A stretch of DNA of 64,000 nucleotides from Mytilus trossulus (lineage: Eukaryota): positions 2,108,001 to 2,172,000 of the forward strand of contig NW_026963302.1 of NCBI RefSeq assembly GCF_036588685.1, written 5' to 3'. How positions within the stretch are numbered: the first letter of the stretch is position 1; the number at the start of each line of letters is the position of its first letter. Shown here in pieces: positions 51,223 to 64,000 of this stretch. The position numbers were made by a program, and so were the translations under genes. The notes under the pieces were generated by a model. That model was not told where the DNA came from, ran no database searches, and saw nothing but the letters and a program-made list of their open reading frames with translations.

Positions 51223-54184
51223 ATGGCAGATCCTAGCTTCAGGCAATCAGTCGGTGGACGGCGTTTACTCGTTTTACTCTTGCTACTGATAACAATATCA
51301 CTAGTAATTGCAATAATAGTGATAGTTATTAATACTCATAGCAATCGAAAGCATCAACCTACCTGTGGTCAAAAAGAGAAAGGACAGTATGGCCATATTG
51401 ATCTAACGGAATCCGACAATCCTTCTGTTTTTCGCGATTTGACTTCAAAAGAAATTGAAGCTTTAATGAATTATTTACATAGGCAACATAGTCTTAATAT
51501 AGTCAAAGCAGCGGACATGAAAGTAAATTCTAGTTATGTTTACTCCTGCGAAATGCATCTACCTAGCAAGAGCTCAGCCATTGATCATCTTGACAATAAT
51601 GCGAAAAAGCCTCCAAGGGAAGCGCATGTCATTATCTTCAGAGGAGATAAACAAAAACCAGACATTGAAGAAATAATCGTTGGTCCTTTACCCAATCCAA
51701 CTGGTCATAGACCTGTTCCACATAAAAGGAAGTCAATTCCTTTTATATATCGGCCCACGACCGGACCGGAACATATCGCGGTAATAGATATGCTAAATGT
51801 AAAAATCGACAACCTTCTTGGAACAATGCTTGAAGAGTTGTACGGGGGACGACTTTTAAATTGTGATAGTAAATGCTTAATCATTCGGTACATAACACCG
51901 GTAGCGTCTACACTGTCTGGGGAAAGAAGACGTAAAACATGGTATTGGGTGTCGCAATTTGCTGAATATTACATCCTACATCCTCTGGATTTTGCTGTAT
52001 TGGTAGACATGGACGTAACGAATAATACAATAGAAAACATATGGTTTAATGGACAACTTCATGACAATCTATTGGGTGTTTTAAATAATTACAGTGCAAA
52101 TAAGGGTTCTATTACTAAAATTCAGTTTCCAAATGTGAACACTGATAGTTTTTCTGCAGCGAAACAACGCGGCACACCACCAATTAGTCCTCCTTTAAGA
52201 AATCCAGTACAAGTCTCACCTGATGGAAAAAGATATAATGTGAACGATCGTCATGTTAATTATATGTCCTGGGAATTTGATTTCCGGATGTCGACAACAA
52301 AAGGTCCACAAATATATGATTTAAAATTCAAGAAAGAAAGGATAGCATATGAAATAGGCTTACAAGACATTGCCGTCTTTTATTCAGGATACAAACCCAT
52401 GCAAGCTATGGCTAATTATTTAGATAGTGTAGGGTTACTCGGATCCCGTGCACAAGGTTTAGTACCTGGTGTCGATTGTCCAAAGGACGCAACATTTGTA
52501 GGGACGACGTTGCTGGTGGAGTCCGATGGTCCTTTTTCGTATGAAAACGTATTCTGTCTGTTTGAATATAATACAGGCATGCCATTACGGAGACACCACT
52601 CCTACTCATTTAATTATGGTAGGTTTTATGAAGGAATGGAAACGACAGTATTGGTTTTGAGAACAATTATCGTTATTATCAACTATGACTATATTATCGA
52701 TTTCATATTGTATCCAAATGGTGCAGTGCAAGTAAAAGCCGTTTCCACTGGCTACGTATCAGGTACATTTTATACTAAAAATGAAACAAAATACAGTTTT
52801 GAACTTCATGAGAATTTGGCAGCTAACATACACCATCATATGTTTAGTTTTAAAGCCGATTTAGATATAAAAGGAAATGAAAATAGATTTGCGACTGTTG
52901 ACATTGAAACGGAAGATTTACCGAATAAATTTTCAAAAAACAAGGATTCAAGATTAATTCAACATAAATTTTCTTCAACTCTTAAGAAAACGGAGAAGGA
53001 AGCTTCGTATAAATTTGATTTTGAAACTCCAAAATATTTACTTCTTTACAAAGAAGATGACAAGACAAGGAAATTTTACAAAAAGAGTAAAAGTTATCGT
53101 ATACTGAACATGGGAATGTCGAAACAAATCCTACCAGAGGGCAAAGGTAACGAACCTAGTATAAGTTGGGCTAGATATCAAGTTGCAGTGACCAAATATA
53201 AAGACTCAGAACCCACCAGTAGTTCTATATACTCTATACTAGATGCTGAAGACCCAGTTGTACATTTTCAGAACTTTATTGATGATAATGAATCAGTTGT
53301 TGATGAGGTAAATGTATAAATAACCAATAAGTCATTAAAGATTTCTCAAGGTTCAAATTTTCATTGAAAAAAAGAAGATGAAAGAAACACTTGAACACTC
53401 GGCCGGGTCAAACTATTTCTATCAATGTCTGAACATGATATAACAAATACCAATTGTGTTTGGAACATCACTTTCAACCACAATCAACAATATAGAAGAT
53501 AACAAAAAGTAAGTACACAATGTGTCATGTTGTACAAACAAAATGAAAAATAAAAACACACTTTATAAGATTATGTACGGTGTCTGAAAGCAGACCTTGG
53601 CTTATGTATGTAACTTAAAGTTACTGATATGCAGTATCCGTCATACTCTAAAGTCGTTGGCTGTATTCCACAGTACATTTCAAACTGAAATGGCATCAAC
53701 AATACAGGAAGACAATGATTAACTTATGCAAACGATGCTTAAAATAAAACCATTTAAAACAAAAACAGACAAAAGAAACATTTTAAGTAAGCAAATTAAT
53801 GTATAATATAAAATTTAAAAAAAAGTGTTTATAGACTGAGATTTTTTATATTTAAAGGTGACTTTGTATCTTATATGTTTGTAGGATTTAGTAGCATGGA
53901 TCACTATGGGAGTTCAACATATTCCACACACTGAAGACTTGCCAATTACCACTACCCCGGGGATGGAAGTAAGCTTTTATCTATTACCATACAACTATTT
54001 TGATGAAGATCCAGCAATATCATCATTGAATGCTGTTCGTATAGAACCAACAAACAAGCTGAAGCATAAGACATCTATAAAAATAAACCGATATGGTGTT
54101 GGGCAAAATTTTGAATGTCTGCCAGAGGAAGACAAATACGATGAAGAAATTAAGAAAAATCCTTCTATAATCCTTGATGCTTGA
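51223..54184 (+). CDS. Copper/TPQ amine oxidase (AOC-like), paralog B, 794 aa
   Basis: Exons 51223-53307 and 53885-54184, same intron position as paralog A; TM anchor, NYLD, NYDY, HHH, HIPH motifs. Confidence 0.95.
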
Positions 54185-54957
54185 TCATGAGAAGACAATG
54201 TCGCTTTACATCGATATTTGCTGTCTTCGTTTGGAATAATTTTCAGACATATTATTTAATAACATATATGGTGGTTTTTTGGTGTTTTTTTTTTATTCAA
54301 CAATATATTGCTAGCTGTTAACAATTTACTTCGCTAGTCCAACATTCTAGTGAAGGGTCTCTTTATCTTAACAAGAAATAAAGGATTTCTCTCTGTTTAA
54401 CAATAATACATGATTACATAAATGTATCTATTTTTTGAATTTTATTTTAAAATACTTATAATAATGTATATGCAGCATTAATATAATTAATCAGTTATCG
54501 CTACGAAAATTTTTGATCAGAGGCCTTTTTAAAATCATATATGTATAATCTTGCTTTGTGATAAACTTTAGTTTTACAGGTACCAAGGGCAAGAATATTG
54601 CATTAAAAAGCAAAATATATTTAAATTGATGGACGAAATTTTAACAAAACAATACAATATAATTATCAAAAAAATCCGTAAAATCAGTTCATAATTTAGA
54701 TGCCATGTGTTTTCCTTGAAACGTGTATGTAAAGTATGTTAGAAACTAGTAGTTCACTCTACGAATTTTTTAAGTGTACATTGTATTTCAAAATTGCAAA
54801 TCAAAATACAACCAGCAATAGTGTTGGATATGATTTTAAGTGTAAAAAAAACTGTGTTTACTATGTGTCTTTACTAGTATTCACATAATTATGCTTGTGT
54901 CATTAAAATATATACTTTCTAGTAAATCATATACAGTGGATTTACTAAACAAAAAAA

Positions 54958-56016
54958 TTATGATGGTTTACACCCATCTACAGATGATTTTGAATATCTG
55001 GATTTAGTCGACATATTTGATGCTTTCGAAAGTCTTCCAGACAATGAACCTGTTTCTGTCGAGTTCTTTATGGGAGTGCGTGTTTCGGGTCTTTTACTGA
55101 TCTGGGTTGTCGGACGACTGTTTATCAGTGGAAGTGTATAATTATCCTTTTTGATCTTTTGTTCACTCGAAAGATGGTTAAATGGATCAAGCGTTGTTGT
55201 TAATGTTCCTAAAGTTGTCAAATAAGATTCTTGATTTTTCGGATGGATATATAAAATATTTATATCTTTAAAAGAATGTATTAGTACTTTGATTTGTTTT
55301 CTTTCTTCAGTGGTGGACGATTTCAAATTATGAAGTGTAATAAAAACTTGGCTATTGGACCCGTATTCATTTACAAAATCTAGCTCCGTTTTATGCTCAT
55401 TAACTTTTTCGATCAACCCCGAAATCTTTTCCTCCTGCTTTTCAATGTTTGACGATTTCAAAAGATGCACAGTTGATAATTCTGATAGCAATGCATGCTC
55501 TAATGCTTCAAGGCGATCAATAATGTTTTGCTTAATTGCCGCAATAGATTTCTGTATATCGTCCTTTTGCTTGTCTAGTCTTTTTAAATTTTCGGTTCGG
55601 TTCTGTGTTATTTTTTTCAATAATTGAATATCTTCTTCCATATCTTTAGTCAGTGTCTGTAACATAGGCGATTGTTTGATCCCCTTAGCTACAGTATCTA
55701 ATGACTGCATTCTATCACACCCTCGGTGTTTTTCCGTCATGCATGATCGACAACACAGGGCATCATGGTATGCACAGTACAGATCTACAATTAAATCAGA
55801 GTGCAAAGGACAATACTTTTGAGCGGTTAAATTTGAGGATACCTCTGGCGGCATATCTTCATTTTTCTTTAGTGTATGAGACAGAGTAATTTTATTTATT
55901 CGATGCGCTTTATTACAGTTCTGGCATAATGATTCCATACAGTCACAACACCAGCTTACTGCTTCTGATGAAGTCTTTTCTCTTTGACAAGGTTCACAAA
56001 ACGGAATTGAAGACAT
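54958..56016 (-). CDS. RING-less B-box1/B-box2/coiled-coil TRIM-like protein with Ser/Thr/Lys-rich tail (352 aa)
   Basis: CEPC..WCCDCMESLCQNCNKAH..H and CPLH..YCAYHDALCCRSCMTEKHRGC; coiled coil; acceptor tttttgtag 9 nt before the ATG. Confidence 0.88.
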   Translation of the reverse strand: MSSIPFCEPCQREKTSSEAVSWCCDCMESLCQNCNKAHRINKITLSHTLKKNEDMPPEVSSNLTAQKYCPLHSDLIVDLYCAYHDALCCRSCMTEKHRGCDRMQSLDTVAKGIKQSPMLQTLTKDMEEDIQLLKKITQNRTENLKRLDKQKDDIQKSIAAIKQNIIDRLEALEHALLSELSTVHLLKSSNIEKQEEKISGLIEKVNEHKTELDFVNEYGSNSQVFITLHNLKSSTTEERKQIKVLIHSFKDINILYIHPKNQESYLTTLGTLTTTLDPFNHLSSEQKIKKDNYTLPLINSRPTTQISKRPETRTPIKNSTETGSLSGRLSKASNMSTKSRYSKSSVDGCKPS

Positions 56017-59000
56017 AGTTATTATCTACAAAAAAAAGTTAGCATGAGAAATTCATGTACTGTACATATGAATAACATAATGATGGTCGATTACAGGAAA
56101 TTATTATGAAGCCTTCAAACTTGAAAAAAAGTATCAGTTCCTTGATCCAAAACTAACAATTTTGCTCTAATTTTTTTTTCAATGAAGCATTAGTCAACTT
56201 CGAGTTTCCCGAACTATGATTAAAATGAGCAACAGGGTCTGGCGTCAGAAAACATGTTTAACCCCGCCATATTATATACATGTAGATTCCCGTCGCTAAT
56301 CAGGAGCCTTTATTTCATTGGTTGTCGTTTGTTGCTGTATATATATATGCGTTTTGTTTAATTATACTTTTTCACTTTTTTGGTCTTTTGGAAAATGTTG
56401 TTTGTGCTGTTTTTAGACCTTTCTACAACGAAATTTGTTTTACATGCACACGTATAAAAATTGCGGTTTTTATCCAACGCAATCATAGGTTTGAACGTAT
56501 TTTCAATTTTGACTCATATTTAATTATGATAACGGTTATTAACTTGTCTCAAACAGAACCACTTTCTTTTTTAATTTTTAAAACCATTTGACTTCTATTC
56601 AGTGAGTGTAATTCAGCTAATTAATTCTTTAACACATAAAGATACAGAGGAGGCTTCAGAAAGATACTGCCTCAGCAATGCCAAATTAGTACTTTAATCA
56701 TAGAACCCATTGCTTGACTTCATATTGTCAAAGATAATATAAGTTCTATAGGGCAAAGTAAATGATTATGTACAAGGGGAAATGTTCGTTTTAACACTTT
56801 GTTGACTTAATATGCAGTTATTATAAAGTTAGTTGTGAGCATACCTCATGAGACGATCTTGCTGTTCAGTGACCGTTCATATGCACCTTTTACAGGAAGT
56901 TCGTTCGGAAACTTCCTATAAAGTTTACGCATTTTTACATTATATTATTAGGGCATCCGAAGCCATAAATTGAGATTCCTTATGATCAACTAAAGTTGTC
57001 ATTACATTTACACATTGCACCAATAGAACGAATTACAACCACGATTTTCCTTATCTTTTTACGCATATAATGTGAAAATATTGAATAAACAAAGAATTCA
57101 TATATACTTACATACAATGCTTTATGCATGTGCAGAATTAGTATTTTTATACTATGTCGTTAAAAGTAAATCGTATGTTGTTTTCAAAACGATATTTAAT
57201 GGAACAATGACTTTTTGAAAGAGAATATCTAACTACACATATAATTATAACAATAAGACTAACCGATCCGAAAGATCAAACCGACAACAGTAATTTAAAT
57301 ATCTTAATCAGTAAAACAATTGCCATTATATTTTCACATTAGCATATACGTATATATACAATCAATTGCAAAAGTGTGTTAGAAATCTTACAAACATGTC
57401 AGTTGCTTCATTCTGTGATGGAAGCTTTGATAGATAATAATCGAAATTTGACCAGATAAGTTAATTGTTTTAAAGGTATTTATCAAGGTTCGTTTCCGTC
57501 ATCTTTTCTTTCAGTTATTGATATCAGACTACATGCATATTAAATTTCATAAAGCATGGCCCAATACAAACCATAACACCTAATAGCAAATAGTTCGATA
57601 CGTATTATTAATAACGATAAAATTTTACTAACAAAATTAGTACTAAAAATCTCCCAAGAGTTGTTGCAAGGGTTCTTTAGTGTGCAGAGAGTGTGTCACT
57701 GTAAAGTAATTATACACAAGAAATTGAATTTAATTTCCAAATCTGAACAGACGTGGCTGCGTATTTGTACATTTCACTCAATGAAACGGAAGCTCATTTT
57801 CTCGTACACAATCAATTTATTATTAAAAATATATACCATTTTTCTGTTTCCTTTGATGTTCTAGCACAGCTTGTGTAGTTTTAAAAATAAATAATAATCT
57901 TAAACCGAGCGTGCAATTACAGAATAAACATTTTCAACAAGCAAGTGTCAAATTTTAACACAACTTTTATATTTAGGCGTGCGTTTATACTATAAGAAGA
58001 GAGATAACTTTTGTTTAAATAAATACCAAAAACGTAATATATATTTCTTTGACAGGCCCCTAGTATTGTTTGGGGATAACCTTGAGTTTGATAACATTTT
58101 TCAAATATCACATTAGGATCAAGTTGCGGATCCCAGATTTCTTTATAAGGAGGACATAAAATGGATACTTTTTAGACAATTTTGAACGATTTTATGCTGA
58201 TTATTCAATCCTAAAAAAGCCTATGCCTAAGAGGGGTGTCTGTTTTGCTGTTAGGGATGTACAAATACTCGGCAATCTGATCGGAATTCTTTTCTTTGGC
58301 CAGGTTAAACCCGGTATAGATTTATTTTGGTCATCTCCATGGAATTATCCCAATCAAGAAGCAAAGTCCATGCTGAAGTAGGTGTTTATTTTGCTGTTCG
58401 GTATTGCAGGTACTTGTTATTTTCCTTGACTAGACTAAGTATACATTTGTACCTTATTAATAAGGTATATTGGGGGGGGGGGGGGGGGGATCTGAGACAA
58501 GTGCCGGTGTTCGAGATGTACAAATTTTTAGTCACATCTGATCGGAATACGTTTCTTCGTATATAAGGAACGTGTCACGGATACTGCGTGTAACTGTGTT
58601 GTATCAGCTCATTTTGGAGATCAAAAACATTTTAAAGGCTTAATTGCCTCAACCCTACATACTGCCTTTTCCCATTGGCAGTCTTATTTGCACACCGACA
58701 TCACAGATGATCCACATCTTAACCTCACCTAACACCTTTTTTTTTTGGGGGGGGGGGGGGGGATTTGATTTCCCACATGACGACAAACGGTTAAATCTTT
58801 CCATAATTGTAGTGATTAAAACTCTTTATCCTGCAATTGGGTGTCCTATTATACAGATACAGCCCTACAGATATCGCTATGATATGAGTATTGTATAAAC
58901 CTGTGTGACCTCAGAACGTGTATTGCAGTCGCATTCCAATGGCGTATCAATTGCGAATTAACGATTTCTTAAATACGTTCTGTTTGTTTTCAAACATTTC

Positions 59001-59460
59001 TTTAGAGTAATAAGAATCACACCAATTTTCTGATTACATACACACACGAACATCAGTCTTTTCTACGATGACAACTATCCATTTCAAAACCTGAATGTGT
59101 ATTATTGTGTAACAAAAACAACCATGATCAACCATGTCAATTTCAGCATGCATGTTTAGTGAATGTCGAGTCTGAAGCGAGGGACAATTCGTACAATTCT
59201 GTTTCAAATTGGACAATGTTTTGTTATTTGTTTCTATACTGTTGAAATTAGTTGTTATGTTAAAATAGATAGTTATTCACCTTGAGCGATGTATTATTGT
59301 TGACCATTCGAGATTCTTTTTATGCGAAACTCGTCTTCAGCTGAATGTGTGCTTACTGTATCGTATTACTACACGGGCCTCAAGGGATTTCATATCGAAA
59401 ATAATTGCAAACCATTTGTTTTGTGTCTTTCAAACACAAATGATATTTACAGGATAAAGA

Positions 59461-59603
59461 TAACAACTGTTTAGTGTCTTTAAATATCAGCTGTATTTGT
59501 ACTCGGCACGAAACAGGTGTAATAGCTCGCTAAAAGCTCGCATACACCTTGTTTCTTAGCCTCTTACAAATGCAGCTGATTTAAAGACACTAAACAGTTA
59601 TTA
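59461..59603. repeat. 143-bp imperfect palindrome, candidate non-autonomous Crypton-type hairpin
   Basis: Arms aactgtttagtgtctttaa-atcagctgtatttgta-ggc-gaaaca-ggtgta pair with tacacc-tgtttc-gcc-tacaaatgcagctgat-ttaaagacactaaacagtt; tip GC-TC-GCT-AAA-AGC-TC-GC. Confidence 0.85.
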
Positions 59604-60454
59604 GATATAGGAAGATGTGGTATTAGTGCCAATGAGACAACTCTCCCTCCAAAAAGCAATTTTAAAAAAGTAAACCATTATAGGTCAATGTACGGCCTTC
59701 AACACGGAGCCTTGGCTCACACCGAACAACAAGCTATATAGGGCCCCAAAATTGCTAGTGTAAAACCATTCAAACGGGAAAACCAACGGTCTAATCTATA
59801 TAAAAAAAAACCCGAGACTATATCTACTCCGTTTGACGGTAGCTGTAGCTAACAATACGATGTAACGAATGAAGATAAAATTGTAAGGCTCATTTGATTC
59901 GAGAGCAGAAAATGGACGTTTCACGCGTACGATTGACGATAAAGAACCTTTCAACATTCGTTTAATCGTCTTTCGAGACAGCGATTTGTTGTTCATTTGT
60001 CAATACACATCCGTCTCTTTGTCATTTTAATTTTTTCTTCAATGTATTGATACATGTTGCTTTAATAAGGCAATTGGTTATCCATTTTGATTTTTCTTAC
60101 ATTTAAGGGATAATCGTAAGGATTTCAGGGGCGAGGATTAAAAAGGTTAATGCACTGGCCTGGTAAGAGCTTAAAAAAAAGTCTTGCATAAGACCGGATG
60201 AAAATGAATATTCCGCAACACAAAATGCAGAAAAAAAATTTGTGTACAAAATTAAAGCCTGAAAAATATTTAATCGCGCGCGAAAAATTAGTGACAACAG
60301 ATGATAATAAATGTTCAATCCAACACCTCCTCCATCTCCCAAAAATCTTAAAGATCGTCCCTATTTAATGGCGGGAACCTAATATTACATATTTCATTAA
60401 GGCTTCAGGTCTCGTAAACGACCGATCTTGTTTGTTGCATGTTAGTGTTATTTT

Positions 60455-60872
60455 TTTCTATCTGATGAGTTAAGCCTTCTTAACTGATTTTTATAGTTCG
60501 TTCTTATGTTGTACTGTTACACCACTGTCCCAGGTTAGGGGAGGGTTGGGATCCCGCTAACATGTTTAACCCCGCCACATTATTTATGTATGTGCATGCC
60601 CAAGTCAGGAGCCTGTAATTCAGTGGTTTTCGTTTGTTTATGTGTTACATATTTGTTTTTCGTTCATTTTTTTTTACATAAATAAGGCCCTTAGTTTTCT
60701 CGTTTGAATTGTTTTACATTGTCTTATCGGGGCCTTTTATAGCTGACTATGCGGTATGGGCTTTGCTCATTGTTGAAGTCCGTACGGTGACCTATAGTTG
60801 TTAATGTTTGTGTCCTTTTGGTCTTTTGTGGATAGTTGTCTCATTGGCAATCATACCACATCTTCTTTTTAT
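60455..60872 (+). repeat. Longest copy (~420 bp) of the SINE-like repeat family
   Basis: Contains all blocks seen in the partial copies; several blocks resemble the Penelope-like 3' UTR. Confidence 0.75.
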
Positions 60873-62664
60873 AGTGTTATAGTTGATGGTTATAATACGC
60901 CATAACCTTAATTTCAGATTGTTTTAGTCCGAGAAACTAAAAGATGATTCTCAGGTGAATTATCCATTAACGTCAGCTAAAATCCTTTCAAATATCTTTA
61001 GTTTTGAAAATACAAAAAAAAAAACACCAATTTTATAGTTGTCCTGGTATGCATTAACAGTTTCTATAGAAGATCGACTGGAATACCTCTGCGTAAATTA
61101 AACATCTGGTAAGAAAACAGAAAAAGTATAAACAAGATTCTTAGATTTATAAAATATCGTCACCTTTTAACCTTAAACGTGAATGTCCACAGAGAGGCTG
61201 CATTTTTATTTAACATTTATTGTTTGTTTACTATTGGCTAAAACGTATTCACTGTATACCACATGGTGTTGTCAGAAGCATTCACATCATGTGAAAATCG
61301 TAAAAGAAATGTTCAGATAATGAAACTCAAATAAAGTTCTTGAAATTTATGATAAATATAAACAATTGATTCAAAATTCTATAAAGATATGCTATATAAT
61401 TCATAGACTAAGTGGTTGTATATAAAAGAGTTGAATTTGAGTCGATTTTGTAATATTTTGAAGCTCCTGCGTTTTGAGAAAATGGATACGTCGACTCATT
61501 TAAATTAGTATCTCTTAAATTTAACATAATTGGCCTTCAGTTCTTAACCCAAAATCTGCCACAATGTGTTTCAATGAATTCCTGTTTATTTATAAAATCT
61601 TACCAACGAATATTTCCATAACATAACAAGTGTGGACACAGATCAGTGTGGATAGTATGTTTCTCAATAACATAAATACAAGTTGAAGTTAAGAATGGTG
61701 CAGCATATATATTCGTTTGATTTATCACTTACGAACCGTTGTCTTACAGCAGAAAATGTATTTGCAATAGGGTGGCATGAGTTCTTTAAGATTTTTACAT
61801 GTTCATCAAGTCGAAATTTAAAAAAAACGTTTGTATTTTTTATGATTGCATAGCAAATCTGTTGGTGTTCCATACTGCTAAAAGTCAGTTAATTCATCTT
61901 TAAGAATAGGTGCGGCAACCAATTTCAAAATAAGAAGACTTAGTATAGTAGATAAAAATAAAAAAAAGTCCATATGTTTTAGCGGTAAACCATTTTTTGA
62001 ACATTTATTTACACTTTTGTACATTGTATTTCATATTTATATAGATTTTCAGGGGTTTGTTCTACGGAAACAGTTTACAGATTTCGCTTATTTCACTATG
62101 AATTGAAATAAATGAAACCCTCAATAGAGAGGGTTTACCTTTTAAATTGTTGTTATTTCATTGTCGAGACGAGCATGACAAACATGACCAAAACATTCAA
62201 GTCTTTAATGTCCCTTTTGTCAAAACAAGTTCTGAGATACATGTAACTCCCGTGAAAAAAAGAGTTGTTATAAAATTCAATCCAGCCGGGAAGGGAAAAA
62301 AAGGGGGGCCACTTTAGGAGGACTTAAGTTTTTTAATGCTTTTGAAGCTATTGTAGAAATTCTTACGTAATTAAATTTAAATTTATCAAGTTTAAACATG
62401 TTTAAAATGACGTCAACAGTTGCAGGTAGGTTTTTTAAGATAAATGACTAAATGTGGATTAATTATTTATTAGTATTGCTGTAAAAGTTTCCAGTTTTGT
62501 TATACACATAAGTTAAATTACATGTTTTAATGTCTTCAAATTATAATTAAATATCATTTGAAGACATTAAAATGAAAACATAATTTAAATTTAAGAAATC
62601 AATACAAGCAAGCTAAGTGTAGTAAAAAAACAAGTGTTTTAATTCCTAAGAAATATTTCGGTTT

Positions 62665-63588
62665 TTAATGTAGTATAGAGTTTTGATTGAAGTGATGTGT
62701 CACATATTCAATCATTTTCCTGTGCCTTCGTTCTTCTTTCTCCTCTTTGTACGTTTTAAAGTCCTTAACTATTGCAGAAAACGATTTATCTCTCCGAATG
62801 ATGTCTGGTAGTTGTGCTCTTTCTACCATTTTCCTAAAACTCTCATCCTTTTTATGCTTCGGTGCTGTCATTTCTTGCATAACTAGTTCTGTCTCATGTT
62901 CCATGAATCTCCTTAGAGCAGCCTGTGTTTTGCACTCCCCGGGGAATATATTCTTTCGTTGTGGCCTCTCAACCTCCAGTTTAGCCTTTGCTTTCATTGT
63001 AAGTTGAGGCTCTTTATGAGCTTTGACTTTTTTCTCTTTCATAAACAGTTTCTTAGTAGCACTTTTCCAAAGACAAAGAGCATTGTAATGTGAGTTACTC
63101 AAACTTTTATTGTCCGTTTCTTTTTCTACTGGTTCCATTGTTGAAATTTGAGGAAAAGTTTTATTCAGGGCAGCAAGTGTTAGAGTGCTGCGTTGAGGTG
63201 AAAGAGAAAGTAATGTTTCCGGGTCATCTTTTTCCGGATTCGCAATTGTCTGGAAAGTATTTGGTCTAGGTTTTTGTTTCCTTTTTCGCTTCCTCCGTTT
63301 GGCTTTTCCTTCTAAAGGATCGTCTTTGAATGGATCATATTTATCAAAACTATGAAGTTGATATACCCGAGCGTATGCTAAAGTTTTTAAGTGGTCGTCT
63401 TTAGCCTGTTGTACATTTTTTGAACAAATTTCTTCTGCAATTTTAGAATTTATGTCTATTTTATGAACAACATTTTCATATCTCCACCTCTCGTGGTCCA
63501 TTTTTTGTTTCGTTAAGTTTGCTGTTTCTGGTTTGGAATACTGGATCCCTTCAGAGAACGATTGGCAACATGGTGCCAGTTCTGGCAT
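62665..63588 (-). CDS. Uncharacterised basic, charged protein (307 aa) with NLS-like cluster
   Basis: Long ORF in AT-rich DNA with protein-like composition; KAKRRKRKRKQKPRP; splice acceptor ttcgattcag 12 nt upstream of the ATG; no recognised domain. Confidence 0.7.
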   Translation of the reverse strand: MPELAPCCQSFSEGIQYSKPETANLTKQKMDHERWRYENVVHKIDINSKIAEEICSKNVQQAKDDHLKTLAYARVYQLHSFDKYDPFKDDPLEGKAKRRKRKRKQKPRPNTFQTIANPEKDDPETLLSLSPQRSTLTLAALNKTFPQISTMEPVEKETDNKSLSNSHYNALCLWKSATKKLFMKEKKVKAHKEPQLTMKAKAKLEVERPQRKNIFPGECKTQAALRRFMEHETELVMQEMTAPKHKKDESFRKMVERAQLPDIIRRDKSFSAIVKDFKTYKEEKEERRHRKMIEYVTHHFNQNSILH

Positions 63589-64000
63589 CTTTTAAATAAT
63601 CTGAATCGAAAAAAAATTTAAAAAAATTGTAGAATAACAAATTTGGAGGTAAATTTATGTAGTATAAACAATGAGACAACACTCCGCCAAATGACATAGA
63701 CGTTAACAACTATAGGTCACTTTACTGCCTTCAACAATAAGCAAAATTCATGTCGCATTGTAAGCAATAAAAGTCCCCGAAATGACAAATGTAACACAAT
63801 TAAAACGAGGAAACTAATGGCCTGATATTTTTTAGAATCTGCTTGAGTTCTTTTTAGTGCTTTTGTAAATTATACTAGTATTCAACATCATGTTGATGCA
63901 AGACATTCTGGCTGGTCTACTAGATTGTTTTATAAACAAATAGTGGAATATTGAAAGTAAAGAGCATTTTCTAGTGTCTAAACAGTTTGACTGAACATAA

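Noticed and set aside
60460-60490. CTGATGAG as a hammerhead core
   Set aside because: No GAAA box or stem II/III follows.

Overview
AT-rich, intron-containing animal genomic DNA; the gene and repeat content suggests a bivalve mollusc, probably Mytilus-like (inference). Host genes: two tandem membrane-anchored copper amine oxidases (AOC-like, two coding exons each), two RING-less B-box/coiled-coil TRIM-like genes and one uncharacterised basic protein. Mobile DNA: a decayed AcademX transposon (TIRs, TTT TSD), a Helentron-type non-autonomous element with a nested Harbinger-type MITE, a 5'-truncated Penelope-like retroelement with many related short repeats, a 3.5-kb AcademH-like element with a 9-bp TSD, other MITEs and minisatellites. 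The main finding is a head-to-tail dimer (period 3001 bp) of a four-exon Crypton-type tyrosine-recombinase element. Copy 2 is intact (521 aa, R-K-H-R-W-Y catalytic set) and ends in a 142-bp imperfect hairpin with tandem G.A mismatches and a GCGAAGC tip. Copy 1 carries the interior of that hairpin in the opposite (flip/flop) orientation, is broken at the tip, and is joined to copy 2 by two templated snippets. A sequence-unrelated 143-bp hairpin with the same architecture sits alone at 59.5 kb. All coordinates and alignments were read by eye; no searches were run.
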